From: Leucoraja erinacea
Taxonomy: Eukaryota
NCBI RefSeq assembly: GCF_028641065.1
Contig: NC_073383.1
Span: 20,336,001 to 20,400,000 of the forward strand
Length of the DNA: 64,000 bases
Direction of reading: 5' to 3'
A program made the position numbers and the translations under genes. This document shows positions 11,799 through 24,447 of the stretch, piece by piece. The notes below the pieces were generated by a model. It was not told the origin of the DNA and searched no databases. It worked only from the letters and a program-made list of their open reading frames with translations. Every line of letters starts with the position of its first letter. Position 1 is the first letter of the stretch.

Positions 11799-14700
11799 GT
11801 ATCTTTTACCTTTGGTGTGGGAAGGATCTGCAGATGTTGGGTTAAACCGAAGATATACACAAAATGCTGGAGTAACTCGGCGGGTCCGGCAACTGGTGTC
11901 TGATGCTGCCTGCCTGACCTGCTGAGTTACTCCACTCCAGCATTTTGTGTATCCACCGCTTACCTTTAACTTGCACTTTGTAACCCCGCTTTTTTAAAAC
12001 AAAATATTTTGCATTTGATGTTTTTGTTCTTTTGAATTCTTTATTGATGCTTTGAATCTGTCAGCACCGTTTTGCTCTGTGGGTGGTGATCTGCTCACAC
12101 TCTCTGTCCCCTGTGCTCCACTCGCTCGGATCACCAAATAGTCCGAGTGATGTACTTACGAAAAGTTTCCGACTTTCTCGAGTTTACTGCCGACTTTTGC
12201 AAGATGGGTAAGTTCTTCTGTTCGGACACACAAGAAACTGTAGGTGCTGGAATCTTGAGCAAAGACTGAAGAAGGGTCCCGGCTCGAAACGTCACTTGTC
12301 TACTCCCTCCATAGATGCTGTTTGACCCGCTAAGTCCCACCAGCACCTTTGTGTTTTTCTCAAGCTCTTCGCTTCGTCTGCAACTCTCCTACTTTAGAAA
12401 CCAGAGTTCGTTGCTCCCTCTGCGATCATTCCCATTGCATTTCTCAGGCGTTGCCACGTAAGATGATGAAAACATGCTTATTGTTGTGTACTAAACAGAA
12501 ACTTCTAATTAAATAATCACCAGAGTCTCCAAAGAATAGATAACGAAATCAGAATGGTGGGAGCCTGAACTAAAATCAGAAAGAACTAAGCAGGAATGGG
12601 GCAAGAGCTGGCAGATGATGGGTGAATCCATGTGGAATGGTTGAATTGCAGATGTGTAAGGTGGGGGAGAGTACGGTGGTAATAATCAAGATGGGAGGTG
12701 ATAAGTAGATAAGACAAAATTGTGCCATTTGTGAATTCTGATAAGAAAGGAAAGTGGAGAGGGAAATGTAGAAACCGGATTGGGGGGTGCTGAGCGGGTG
12801 GAGGGGTTTCCACCATCTCTCTACATTTCATTTGCGCAATTTCTGAAGTCATGGTTTTAGCATTTTATTTTTCTGTGCTTCTACACCAGGTGGCACTCTT
12901 GCCTCCTTTAGAATTTCTACAACTATTGCAGGAGCTTCTATCATACCGGCTTCCCAGCAATTGGGAATTCTTATCACCTGCCTACTTTACTACTATATTT
13001 ACATTTTAATTCTTTTTTTAGCCTACATGATTACAGTTCCATTTTCTGCTATTGGTTCCTGTTGTAAAATCAATGGTTGCGACCTTTATAGCCATTGCTG
13101 ATGACTGAATCCTTTTGATAAATTGCCTCATTTATCATTTCAGACCTTGTTTGGCTAGGAATGATTCATACAATTTGAAATAAATTAGTTGCTTCCGATG
13201 ACAAAAAATATATAGAACTAGACTAAGTGGGACCCATTGGGTCCCAGCTTCACACGGGAGGGCTGGTCCCCCAACGGAATATTCCACCTCTGCACCAATT
13301 CCAATATTGCTGGCCGGGGGGGTGGGGCTTTCTGGAGCGCTAGTATGTGTGTTGTGGGTCAAAGTGACTGGTTTCCAGAGGGCTAGTATGGACATTGTAG
13401 GCTGAATGGATTATTGGGCTGGCACATCAGTCACTCTGGCCGGGCAGCTCAGTCACTCTGGCCGGGCAGCTCAGTCACTCACTTTGTTGTGCGCTGAAGG
13501 GACTGGTTTCCAGAGGACTAGTATGGACATTGTGGACCGAATGGATTTTTGGACTTGCAGTTCAGTAAGTCATGGCTGGTGGGCTGGCACTTCAGTCACT
13601 TACAGCTGGTGGGCTGGCATTTCACTTACTCGTGGCTGGTGGGCTGGCAGCCCAGTCACTCACAGCTGGTGGTGGCAGTTCACTCAGTCACCCGTCCTCC
13701 CTTCACCCCCCACTCTGCTCCATGCCATTCCCCTCCCCCACACGAATTCAGTCCATCTCCCCTCAATCTCTCCCCCATGCACTCTTAGTGGCTCTCCGAC
13801 AGCGCAGCCATTCCTGCCTATTAGGTTACTATTGTGATGAAGAGCACGCAGGCATGGCAAGTGGAAAAACGATGTATTAAAGTTTAAAATGTGAATGACT
13901 TAAAATATAACAACAATTTAAATGTTAAAGATGAGATTTATTAAGTTATTTTTTGTTGTGTCTCTTGCTGTGTTCTGCTGCTCACTGCCTCTTGATAACA
14001 CTTTGCTTTTGATATTAAAAAAAAAAGATAATTTTAATATAGAGAGATTAAGCGGTCAAATTTTAACAAAGAAAATCTGAGAATTTACCTCAAAAGTCAT
14101 CACGGAGTGTAGGCCGCAAGTCCAACCTCACAGCACTCCATGCCAATTTCACANNNNNNNNNNNNNNNNNNNNNNNNNNNNNNNNNNNNNNNNNNNNNNN
14201 NNNNNNNNNNNNNNNNNNNNNNNNNNNNNNNNNNNNNNNNNNNNNNNNNNNNNNNNNNNNNNNNNNNNNNNNNNNNNNNNNNNNNNNNNNNNNNNNNNNN
14301 NNNNNNNNNNNNNNNNNNNNNNNACACACACACAGACAGACACTCATACACAGAGACACAGTCAAACACTCACACACATACACAGTCACTCACACATACA
14401 CACTCATCCACAGACACTTACACAGACACAGCAACACATACATACGCACACACAGACAGACGACACGCACACACACTTTAGAAGCAATAGAGATACTATC
14501 TGCAAGCATTTTAGAACCAATAGAGACACTTTTCAAGCATTTTAGAACCAATAGACATTTTTTCGCAAGCATTTTAGAACCAATAGATTTTTTTGCAAGC
14601 ATTTTATAACCAATAGACACTTTTGGCAAGCATTTTACAACCAATAGTGACACTTTTGGCAAGCATTGTAGAACCAATAGAGACACTTTTTGCAAGCATT

Positions 14701-17700
14701 GTAGAACCAATAGAGACACTTTTTGCAAGCATTTTAGAACCAATATACACACTTTTTGCAAGCATTTTAGAACCAAGAGACATTTTTGGCAAGCATTTTA
14801 GAACCAATAGACATTTTTGGCAAGCATTTTAGAACCAATAGACATTTTTGTGCAAGCATTTTAGAACCAATAGAGACTTTTTGCAAGCATTTTAGAACCA
14901 ATAGAGACACTTTTTGTAAGCATTTTAGAACCAAAAAAGACACATTCTGCAAGCATTGTAGAACCAAAAGAGACACTTTTTGCAAACATTTTAGAACCAA
15001 AAAAGATACATTCTGCAAGCATTGTAGAACCAAAAGAGACACTTTTTGCAAACATTTTAGAACCAATAGACACTTTTTGCAAGCATTATACAACCAATAG
15101 ACATTTTTTTGCAAGCATTTTACAACCAATAGACATTTTTTTGCAAGCATTTTACAACCAAAAAAGACACATTCTGCAAGCATTGTAGAACCAATAGACA
15201 CTTTTTGCAAGCATTTTAGAGCCAATAGACACTTTTTGCAAACATTATAGAACCAATAGACACTTTTTGCAAGCATTTTAGAACCACTAAGGGCACTCAC
15301 ATTTGAGTAGGCATGTGTTCAGTGTTATTCACAGCTCAGAGAAACGTGACCCTCTGCCTTCCTCCATCTTGAAGAGACTGCGAGGCACACCACTTCTGGG
15401 TTTATAGTCCCTCCCCCTCCCACCAGCAGGAGCAGCAGAGAGAATGGCAAATCTTTTAAAAACATTAATATCTCTCTGATTTTTCATCAATGGGAAAAAT
15501 CCTCCGGTCCCGTAAGGCGGAGGGGGGCTCTGAGCGAGGTGGCCAAAAATGACGGCCGTAGGTGGCGGCGTTATGTCAGAAATTGCGCCACAGTGTGCCA
15601 AAAGCGGTCAAGATCAGAGTTGTATTAATATATAGATTATCAGAGTAAAAGGATGTACCTTTAGAATGAAAAGAGGAGGAATTTCTTTAGCCAGGGGGTG
15701 AATAACAACTTGGATAAACATTTGATATCCAAGGATCTCAATTTTTATTCTACATGGGGAAAAACATTCTGCCTTCATTTTGCACAGTGGTCAAATGCTT
15801 CATTTTCTCTGTAAAACCATTTTCACTTTTAGATGTTGCTACTCTGATGTATTGAAATGTATATCTTTAATCAGAAATATTTTGTTTTCCTTACAGTCGT
15901 GAAGACAATGAAGGTCATCCTAAGTGGTTTCTGCTTGGTGTGGGGCAAGTAATAAAAGGATTAGACATTGGTATGGCTGATATGTGTGAAGGAGAGAAAA
16001 GAAAATTAATTATACCACCTTCACTGGCATATGGAATAATTGGCAAAGGTAATATTTGCAATGAAAGTAGCTAATTGGTGGCCCTGTTTATTTTTCAATA
16101 TTACTACTGCTATGTGGAGATTAATTTAGTCTAGTATGTGTTACCTGGAAGATCTTGCCATTTAAGATTGAGGATCATCAAACTGTGACAGATCATGTTC
16201 GGTATTGGCATGGATTTAAGGAAAGAATGCATGTTTTAATTTGTGTTGCATCACAAGGCATGAACAATATTTTAAAATTAATTCGAGGAATTATCTTTGA
16301 ACACCCGACTATAAAACAATTGTCTTTTGCACCGTCACTGCAAGGATGCATGGTTATCTGTTACAACCTTTCGTGCATCTTTATTTACAGAATGTTGGCA
16401 TTGTTTTTGCATTGGTTTATTGTATAATCATTTCTAACAGTGCTTATTTTCTTTTTGCATGTGATACTTATTTATGTGACTATGTGTCGAATTATCTGGC
16501 AATGTCTCACTTCTGACTTTTAACCTTTTGTACAGTTTTCCAGAAGAAGTTTATCCAACTACAAATCCAGTGATATGTAAGAGTATTCATGCATGCTGCA
16601 AAAGATGACCCTCTTATCTTCTTAGAGTAGAATGCATGTATTTGTTTCAATATGGTATGTACACTCTTAATTGATTGAGTTACTAACTACTAATGTGAAT
16701 GATAAACTTTTGACCAAGTAAGCATTTGGTGAAGAATTTCCACCAGGGTTGCATTGTTCAGGAAAAAGATGACAGAAAATAAAAGCTTGCCTGTATTATG
16801 AAAGTACCAGGAACAGATTTTGTTTTAAAAAAAAAAAAAGCTTAAACTCCTAGATAATATATGGGCACTTCCTGACTTGTGTAAGGGTTATGTTCCATGA
16901 ACCCTTACACAGTACAGATTTTAGGTAAGTCGGAATCACCGTCCCCATCCACTGAACGAAATAACTAGCTGAATGTGTTAACTGGCTCAGCGCATCTGAC
17001 TGAATCCGGGGAACTCCCTGCAGCGTGCAGCCTTCTGCGTAAGCACTGCTGCCATTATCTGCTTGAGTTGGGGCACTTGGTGCTGAGCACGGCCTTGTGA
17101 GTAAACACCTCTGCCATTGCTGGTATGTTTCCGATTGAAGACTTGAGTATGGTAATCGTTTGGTGTTGTGGAAATGCAAACTACCTTGATTGCACTAGGG
17201 ACTGAGTACAACATGGTTTACGTAAGTGCAAGTTTATGTTAATCACCTAATGTTTAAGCCGGGGAGTATCTAGTTACAGAAGGATTAGTGGGTGCTCAGA
17301 TTATCCAAAGTAAAAATAATACAGTAGTTGGAGGGTGGATCTGGAATAAGCACGAGCAAGTTTCGAAACAACTGGGTGTTGCGCTAATAAGGTTTTAACA
17401 TTTTAGAATAATAACTTATAGGAAAGAAGGTAGTTGTGAGGAGGTTTGCAGGTGGAGATTATTAAACTTGCCCTTCGTACACTGGGCAATGAATGTCTGG
17501 GCGTCATTTGCAAAGTGGGATTCCAGTACACCTTCTGGATGAGCACAATGTTTCTCCCTCCATTTGGAAGATCCTGTGGTATAATGCTCTTCTACACCAT
17601 TGACCTTGTTATGGATGTCTGGAATCTGAGCCACCACAGATTCTCCATAGAATCTAAAATTGAAACTAAAAAAGGACCAGGCAAAACAATCGTGGGAAAT

Positions 17701-20700
17701 GGCTTTTCAATGTCCTTGCATTAAACATTATTAGCAAAGATCTGAAGCATCTGTCTTTCGTACAAGATGTATAAAGACAGATGTATCTTTGGTGTAAACT
17801 AGCATCTGCAGTTCTTTTCTACAGTGCCCTCCATAATGTTTGGGACAAAGGCCCATCATTTATTTATTTGCCTCTGTACTCCACAATTTGAGATTTGTAA
17901 TAGAAAAATTCACATGTGCTTAATGTGCATATTGTCAGATTTTAATAAAGGCCATTTTTATACATTTGGTTTCACTATGTTGAAATTACAGCAGTATTTA
18001 TACATAGTCCTCCCATTTCAGGACTCCATAATTTTTGGGTCACAACAATGTCATGTAAAAGAAAATAGTCATTTTTGTCATGTAAAAGAAAATAGAGCAT
18101 AGAGTCCCACTTGTCCAGCAATAATACACGGGAGGTATGGCGGGGCATACAAGACATTACCAACTACAGAGGCTGTGCCACAAAGTCAGAAGACCTGAGT
18201 GCGCCGCTGGCAGAAAAGCTAAATTGCTTCTTCTCCCGCTTTGAAACATCACAACAGCAGCACTCACCTGCTACAGCCCTGTTTCGACCCTCACCTAGCT
18301 CCTGTACTACTCCACTCACTGTAACGGAGCACGATGTCAGACGGGTGCTCCTGGCAGTGAACCCCAAGAAGGCTACCGGCCCAGATGGAGTACCTGGTAA
18401 GGTGCTCAAAGCGTGCGCCCACCAGCTCACTGCCATCTTCACCAGAATTTTCAACCTCTCCCTGGCCCAGGCAGTTATTCCGTCCTGCCTAAAATCAGCC
18501 ACAATCGTCCCTATGCCGAAGAAGTCTACCATCACCAGCCTTAATGACTACCGTCCTGTGGCCCTCACTCCGGTAATCACGAAGTGCTTCGAGAGGTTGG
18601 TCCTCCAGCACATCAAGGACTATCTACCACCAGACCTCGACCCCCACCAATTCGCCTATCGCCAAAACAGATCCACAGAAGACGCCATCACCGTAGCTCT
18701 CCACTCTGTGCTGAGCCATCTGGAGCTGGGGCAGAGCTACGTCCGGATGCTCTTTGTGGATTTTAGTTCAGCCTTTAATACAATCATTCCGGACATTCTC
18801 ATAGGTAAACTGGTCACTCTCGGCCTCCCCACTGTCACATGTGCCTGGATAAAGGATTTCCTCACCAACCGGCCCCAGACTGTGAGACTCGGCCCCCACC
18901 TCTCCTCCACTCGCAGGTTGAGTACCGGTTCCCCACAGGGCTGTGTGCTAAGCCCCCTCTTATACTGTCTCTACACCTACGACTGTAGTCCGGCCCACAA
19001 CAACAACCGCATCGTCAAATTTGCTGACGACACTACTGTGGTCGGACTTATTTCGAAGGGAGACGAGGCAGCCTACAGAGAGGAAGTCCTGAAGTTGACA
19101 ACCTGGTGCTCAGAAAACAATCTGGCTCTGAACACCAGGAAAACAAAAGAGCTCATTGTCGACTTCAGGAGGCACAGCACCGACTTAGCCCCCCTACACA
19201 TCAACGGCGAGTGTGTGGAGAGGGTCAACACCTTCCGGTTTCTCGGTGTCCATATCGCTGCCGACATCTCCTGGACGGACAACACGACAGCGGTCATCAA
19301 GAAGGCTCAGCAGCGGCTGCACTTCCTGAGGGTCCTCAGGAAGCACAACCTGGACTCTAACCTGCTGCTGACCTTCTACCGCTCGTCCATCGAGAGCCTG
19401 CTGACATACTGCATTACAGCATGGTATGGCAGCTGCACCATGGCAGACAGGGAGAGGCTTCAGAGGGTAACCAGGACAGCGCAGAGGATCATTGGCTGCC
19501 CTCTCCCCTCCCTGATGGACATCTACACCTCCCGCTGCCTTAGCAGGGCAAAGAAGATCATCAAAGACAGCTCCCATCCTGCGTTTGGACTGTTCGACCT
19601 GCTGCCCTCTGGAAGGCGCTATAGGTGCATCAAATCCAGGACAAACAGACTCAGGAATAGTTGCTTTCCGAGAATTATATCTACCATAAATTCAAATTCA
19701 CACATGCACACTGACTACACCGCCCAACACGGACTTCCATCTGTATATATGTATATATGATGTATGTATATATGTCCCCCCCCCCATCTCCCTTCTGTTT
19801 TTTGTTTTTTTTCTGTTTCTTGTTTTTTGTGCTAAATTGTATGTATGCACTGAGTACGAGCAGCTTTCAGTTTCACTGTACATGTATAGTGACAATAAAT
19901 GACATATCTATATCTTTGCTGCATATTCTTTGCATGCAATGACTGCTTGAAGTCTACGATTCATGGACATCACCAGTTGCTGGGTGTCTTCTCTGGTGAT
20001 GCTCTGCCAGGCCTGTATTGCAGCCATCTTTAGTTTATGCTTGTTTTGGGGGCTAGTACCCTTCAGTTTTCGCTTCAGCATATAAAAGGCATGCTCAGTT
20101 GGGTTCAGGTCAGGTGATTGACTTGGCTCCTCAAGAATTGACCATTTTTTAGCTTTGAAAAACTCCTTTGTTGCTCTAGCAGTATGTTTGAGATCATTGT
20201 CTTGCTGTAGAATGAACCGCAGGCCAATGAGTTTTGAGGCATTTTTTTTAACTTGAGCAGATAAGATGGGTCCATATACTTCAGAATTCATTATGCTACT
20301 ACCATCAGCAGTTGTATAATCAATGAAGATAAGTGAGCCATACATGCCCAGGCCATAACACCCCCACCACCATGTTTCACAGATGAGGTGTTATGCTTTG
20401 GATCTTGAGCAGTTCCTTCTCTCCTCCATACTTTGCTCTTGCCATCACTCTGATATAAATTAATCTTCATTTCATCTGTCCACAAGACCTTTTTCCAGAA
20501 CCATGGTTGCTCTTTTAAGTACTTCGTGGCAAACTGTAACCTGGCCATCCTATTTTTGCGGCTAACCAGTGGTTTACATCTTGCAGTGTAGCCTCTGTAT
20601 TTCTGTTCATGAAGTCTTCTGTGGACAGTGGTCATTGACAAATCCACAGCCGACTCCTGAAGAGTGTTTCTGATCTGTCGAACAAGTGTTTGGGGATTTT

Positions 20701-23700
20701 TCTTTATTATGGAGAGAATTCTTCTGTCTTCACCTGTGGAGGTCTTCCTTGGCCTGCCGGTCCCTTTGCGATTAGTAAGCTCAGCAGTGCTCTCTTTCTT
20801 CTTAATGATTTTCCAAACAGTTAATTTTGGAAAGCCTATGGTTTGGCTGATGTCTCTAACAGTTCTATTGTTTCTCAGTCTCATAATGGCTTCTTTGACT
20901 TTGGCACAACTTTGGTCCTCATGTTGATAAACAGCAATAAAAGTTTCCAAAGGTGATGGGAAGAATGGAGGAAAGACTAGGTGCTGAGAGCTCTCTTATA
21001 CCTGCAAGGAGGCAATTAAAAACACCTGTGAAGCCATGTGGCTCTAACATTTTGGTGCCCTGAAATGGGGGGACTATGTATAAACAAAGCTGTAATTTCT
21101 ACATGGTGTAACCAAAATGTATAAAAATACCCTTTAATAAAATCTGACAATGTGCACTTTAACCACATGTGATTTTTTTTCTGTTACAAATCTCAAATTG
21201 TGGAGTACAGAGGCCAATAATTAAATAATGGGTCTTTGTCCCAAACATGGAGGGCATGCCAATTGGAGGGACAACCCCTCATATTGGCCGTCACGGTGGC
21301 GCAGCGGTAAAGTTGCTGCCTTGCATCAAAACGCAGCGCCCGAGACCCGGGTTCGATCCCGAATACAGGTGCTGTTTGTACGTTCTCCCCGTGATTTGCG
21401 TGGGTTTTCTCCGAGATCTTCCTCCAAAGAAGTATAGATTTACAGGTTAATTGGCTAGATAAAAATATTAAATTGTCCAAGTTGGCGATATGCAGATTAC
21501 TGCCCTGCCGATTACAAAATTCAGAAGGTATTCACTTGGGCAGCCTACAACCCAGTGGTATGAATTAATTTCTCCAATTTTACGTAGCTCTTGAATTCCC
21601 TCCCTGTCTGCCCCTCCTCCGCCATAGTCACAGTTTGCATCCATATATCCCTTCATTATTCCCTCTTCCACAACCAACAATGGACCATTTTGGACTCTAT
21701 CTTTCCTTGGTCATCGGTGCTAGCTCTGATTTCTTCTGAAACTTTTCATACCTCTAGTTTTCCTCCTCCCTGACTCTCAGTCGGAAGAAGGATTATGACC
21801 CGAAACGTATATTAAATAGATAATGCACTCAGTTAAGCATCTTTGTATTCAGCATGTGATCTCCCTCACTCAATGAGTATTCTTACTAGTTGCTATATGA
21901 AGCAACATTCACAGGGTAACCCCCCTGCAGCACAAGCTTGGTGCTCTTTTCAGCAAGAGTGCAGCACTCTTTATTTAAAGGTAAGACCAGAAGCTATCCA
22001 ATGCATATGAATGGATGGAAAGGCAGTGAAAAGAAGTGTGGGGAAGAAATTGAACTGAAAATTAATTAAGTGCTCTTAACTTTCAACTCTTCTATGTAGG
22101 TAAAGTACCCCCAAATGCAACTCTGATTTTTGAAGTTGAACTCTATTCAGTGAGAAATGGACCACGAAGTGTGGAGGCGTTTAATGTCATTGACTTGGAT
22201 GGTGACCGTCTGCTTTCTCTAGATGAGGTTTGTCAGATTTCAAATGACTGTTGTTTTTCTGTGTGGACAGCAGATAGCACAATGCACTGGTTATGAAGTC
22301 ATAATCATTGAAGGTACTGTGTCCGAAAATCTGGATTAATGAACTGATGCCGCAAGTTTGAATCCCTTTGTGCTCTGCAACAAATATCAAACAAGCAATT
22401 TAGTGTAATCAAGGCCTTGGCATAATTGTTCTCCAAACACACTCCACTCAAATCAGAAGAGTTTCATGCAGTGGAGAACCATTGAACAAAAGCTTTACTT
22501 TGTGCAACATGCACGTAGTCCCAGATTTTTATTGGTTTTGCTCTTCTTGAAAGTTATATTGTGATTCTGAAAATTAGAATATAGATTAGTAGTAGTTTGT
22601 ACTATGTCTTACCCAAAACCTTACATACTTGGGAAGCATGATGGGGGAAGAGACCAGGGTAAGCACTAAACTCCCTCCACATATTGTGTAACACACTAAC
22701 ATGGAATTGTGTGATCCCATTTTTAGGCAATAAAACATTGGTACAGATGTGAGAATCTTGCATTTGTTCAGTTTTGTGCTATTGCAGCATGCTGGCGACT
22801 TGCTATTCCATTTGTCAGCATTAGCATTGTTCTGCTGATGAACATAATATTAAAGTAAAAAGTTCCGCAAGAAACATATTCTCCTGAATGTCACCACCAA
22901 TGATGTAAAAATAAAACTGGGAAGTTGGATTAGACTGCATAGCCTCTTTTTCTTCTGGCCAGCAGAAACACAGTTGGCCACTTTTTCAAACTACTCTACC
23001 CTATGCCAGGTTCCTGACCCTTGCCTCCATTCCTCCCAACCTGACACACATCCCGGTGTCTTTAGATTTAACATTACATGCTAGTTCCGTAAAGATCTAT
23101 TAGTGTGAACTATGGTCAGCATTTGATTTTTTTTAATAGGAAATGAGCAAACAGTGGATTGTAATGAATTGTTGCCATTCCCAATAGGGGCATATTTGAT
23201 TGATTGATTGATTGAAAGATACATGGAAGCAGGCCCTTTGCTAACTGAGTTCACACTGATCACCTTATGAGCGGCATGGTGGCGCAGCGGTAGAGATGCC
23301 GCCTTACAGAGCTTGCAGCGCCAGAGACAAGGGTTCGATCCCGACTACGGGGGCTGTCTGCACAGAGTTTGTACATTCTCCCTTTGATCTACATGGGTTT
23401 TCTCCAAGATCGTCCGTTTCCTCCCACACTCCGAAGACGTAGGTTAATTGGCTTGGAGTAAGTGTAAATTGTCCCTAGTGTGTATAGGGTAGTGTTAAGG
23501 TGCGGGGATTGCTGGCCGGTGCAGACTCGGGCCGAGGGGGGCTGTTTTCGCTCTGTATCTCTAAACTAAACTAAACCTATTCATATTAGTTCTGTTATCC
23601 TTACACACCTGGGGCCAATTTTACAGAGGCCCATTGACCTACAAACACACATCTTTAGGATGTGGGAGGAAACCCAAGTGGTCACAGGGAGAATGTGCAA

Positions 23701-24188
23701 ACTCTACACAGGCAGTGCCCTAGGCAGACAGCGCCAATGTTAAATATACATCCCACCAGTCTGCAAAATCACTCATCTCTGACCTGCCCCATGTTGCCAC
23801 TGCATTTTTAATTCCGTGGCCTTTCATTATGTTGGTTTACTTCATTAAATGTTTTGAAAATCTACACATCTTCTAGAATATCCTTATTAACAATATCCAT
23901 GACTATTCAATTTGGAAATGTTGTTTAATGATCTTGAAGGAGCATTCACTTTTGTATCTTTGCGGTGTTTTCTAAGTCTCGTATCTATTTGTGTAGATTT
24001 GAAATGCATTTCTTTTATAATTTCAGTTAAGGTCGTATGTGTACGAAGAGTTTAAGAGAGATAACAGGATCCAAGATCCTACATATAAAGATAAAGTCCT
24101 CGATGATATTCTTCGGAAGAATGATCATGATGGTGATGGGTACATTTCTGCCAGGGAATATAATGTATTCCAGCATGATGAACTATAA
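11596..24188 (+). CDS. FKBP7: FKBP7, ER-luminal peptidyl-prolyl isomerase with EF-hands, 214 aa; exons 11596-11798, 15897-16048, 22100-22227, 24027-24188
   Basis: Signal peptide [22 protein letters not shown] domain ([23 protein letters not shown]...[18 protein letters not shown]...[15 protein letters not shown]...[12 protein letters not shown]), two EF-hands ([24 protein letters not shown]), C-terminal HDEL*; 645-nt open spliced frame with GT-AG introns. Confidence 0.96.
12266..12296 (+). ncRNA. Minimal hammerhead ribozyme core in a Penelope-derived repeat
   Basis: CTGAAGA A GGGTC-CC-GGCTC GAAA CG TC ACT: CUGANGA and GAAA boxes, stem II paired with G-U wobbles, palindromic ACGT helix III, UC cleavage site. 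Confidence 0.55.
14154..14323. other. Assembly gap (170 N)
   Basis: Run of N. Confidence 1.
14324..14477. repeat. Degenerate (CA)n microsatellite
   Basis: ACAC/ACAG/ACTC runs adjacent to the gap. Confidence 0.9.
14478..15290. repeat. Minisatellite, about 30-nt unit TTTTGCAAGCATTTTAGAACCAATAGAGACAC, roughly 27 copies
   Basis: Direct reading; explains the repetitive ORFs at 14390-15300. Confidence 0.95.
15897..16048 (+). CDS. FKBP7: FKBP7 exon 2 (152 nt)
   Basis: TTACAG|, [11 protein letters not shown]...AYGIIGK, donor G|GTAAT. Confidence 0.95.
16861..17272. mobile_element. Degenerate Tigger/pogo-type MITE
   Basis: Imperfect inverted ends GGCACTTCCTGACTT / AAGCCGGGGAGTATC and subterminal TAAGTCGG-type motifs. 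Confidence 0.45.
18099..19912 (+). mobile_element. 5'-truncated Rex1/Babar-type LINE with an uninterrupted 549-aa RT ORF (18111-19760)
   Basis: [65 protein letters not shown]; 3' UTR ends GACAATAAATG(ATATCT)n; no endonuclease domain. Confidence 0.9.
19908..20950 (-). pseudogene. Tc1 transposase, frameshifted near 20345
   Basis: Two overlapping ORFs together give HTH, DD34E and C-terminal [13 protein letters not shown]. Confidence 0.88.
21285..21480 (+). mobile_element. tRNA-derived SINE, 3'-truncated
   Basis: TGGCGCAGCGG ... GGTTCGATCC, same family as 23270. Confidence 0.7.
22100..22227 (+). CDS. FKBP7: FKBP7 exon 3 (128 nt)
   Basis: TGTAG|, [15 protein letters not shown]...LLSLDE, donor GAG|GTTTGT. 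Confidence 0.93.
23270..23575 (+). mobile_element. tRNA-derived SINE (HE1/V-SINE type)
   Basis: A box TGGCGCAGCGG, B box GGTTCGATCC, central GAGTTTGTACATTCTCCC domain, (CTAAA)n tail. Confidence 0.8.
24027..24188 (+). CDS. FKBP7: FKBP7 exon 4 (162 nt to stop)
   Basis: TTTCAG|, LRSYVYEEF...QHDEL TAA. Confidence 0.95.
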   Translation, partial: LRSYVYEEFKRDNRIQDPTYKDKVLDDILRKNDHDGDGYISAREYNVFQHDEL

Positions 24189-24441
24189 ATTTGTGCTGTA
24201 AAACTAAATTTCTACTAAAGTGAAGTGCAGTGTTTTTTATTTTATTTTGCATCTTCACGAATGTTTAACTGATATGTTCTGTGGTACTGCAACAGGAAAA
24301 ACACTTAATGCAAATCATTATCCTTTGATACTTAAAATGTTTCCTAAGCATGATGTAGATATTCGCAAAAAAAAATAGCAGAACTGAATAACTGCCTTTT
24401 AGAATTCAAATGACGTTGTACTGTACTGTTTTGATCACTCA

Positions 24442-24447
24442 AATAAA
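24442..24447 (+). terminator. Candidate FKBP7 polyadenylation signal AATAAA
   Basis: First AATAAA seen downstream of the FKBP7 stop (about 250 nt). Confidence 0.5.

Larger units (their letters stand above)
13218..15636 (-). mobile_element. Non-autonomous Helitron (possibly composite) with internal mini- and microsatellites; spans an N gap
   Basis: Minus-strand 3' end GGGACCC-AAT-GGGTCCC hairpin then ACTTAGT-CTAG|T at 13218; 5' end A|TCTATATATTAATAC...TCTGATCTTGACC at 15636. Confidence 0.7.
17822..21258 (-). mobile_element. Tc1-family DD34E DNA transposon with about 220-bp TIRs and a frameshifted transposase, interrupted by a LINE
   Basis: TA|CAGTGCCCTCCATAATGTTTGGGACAAAG at left and its inverted counterpart at about 21045-21258; ORFs 20950-20291 and 20345-19908 with GRPRK, WTDE, QQDND-x-SPDLNPTE (34 residues D to E). 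Confidence 0.92.

Noticed and set aside
14478-15290. CRISPR-like array
   Set aside because: Units are directly tandem with no unique spacers, there are no cas genes, and the DNA is vertebrate.
14390-15300. Repetitive ORFs ([11 protein letters not shown]..., [11 protein letters not shown]...)
   Set aside because: Produced by the 30-nt tandem repeat; no splice or homology support.
23270-23350. tRNA gene
   Set aside because: A and B boxes continue into a SINE body and tail with several dispersed copies; no cloverleaf.
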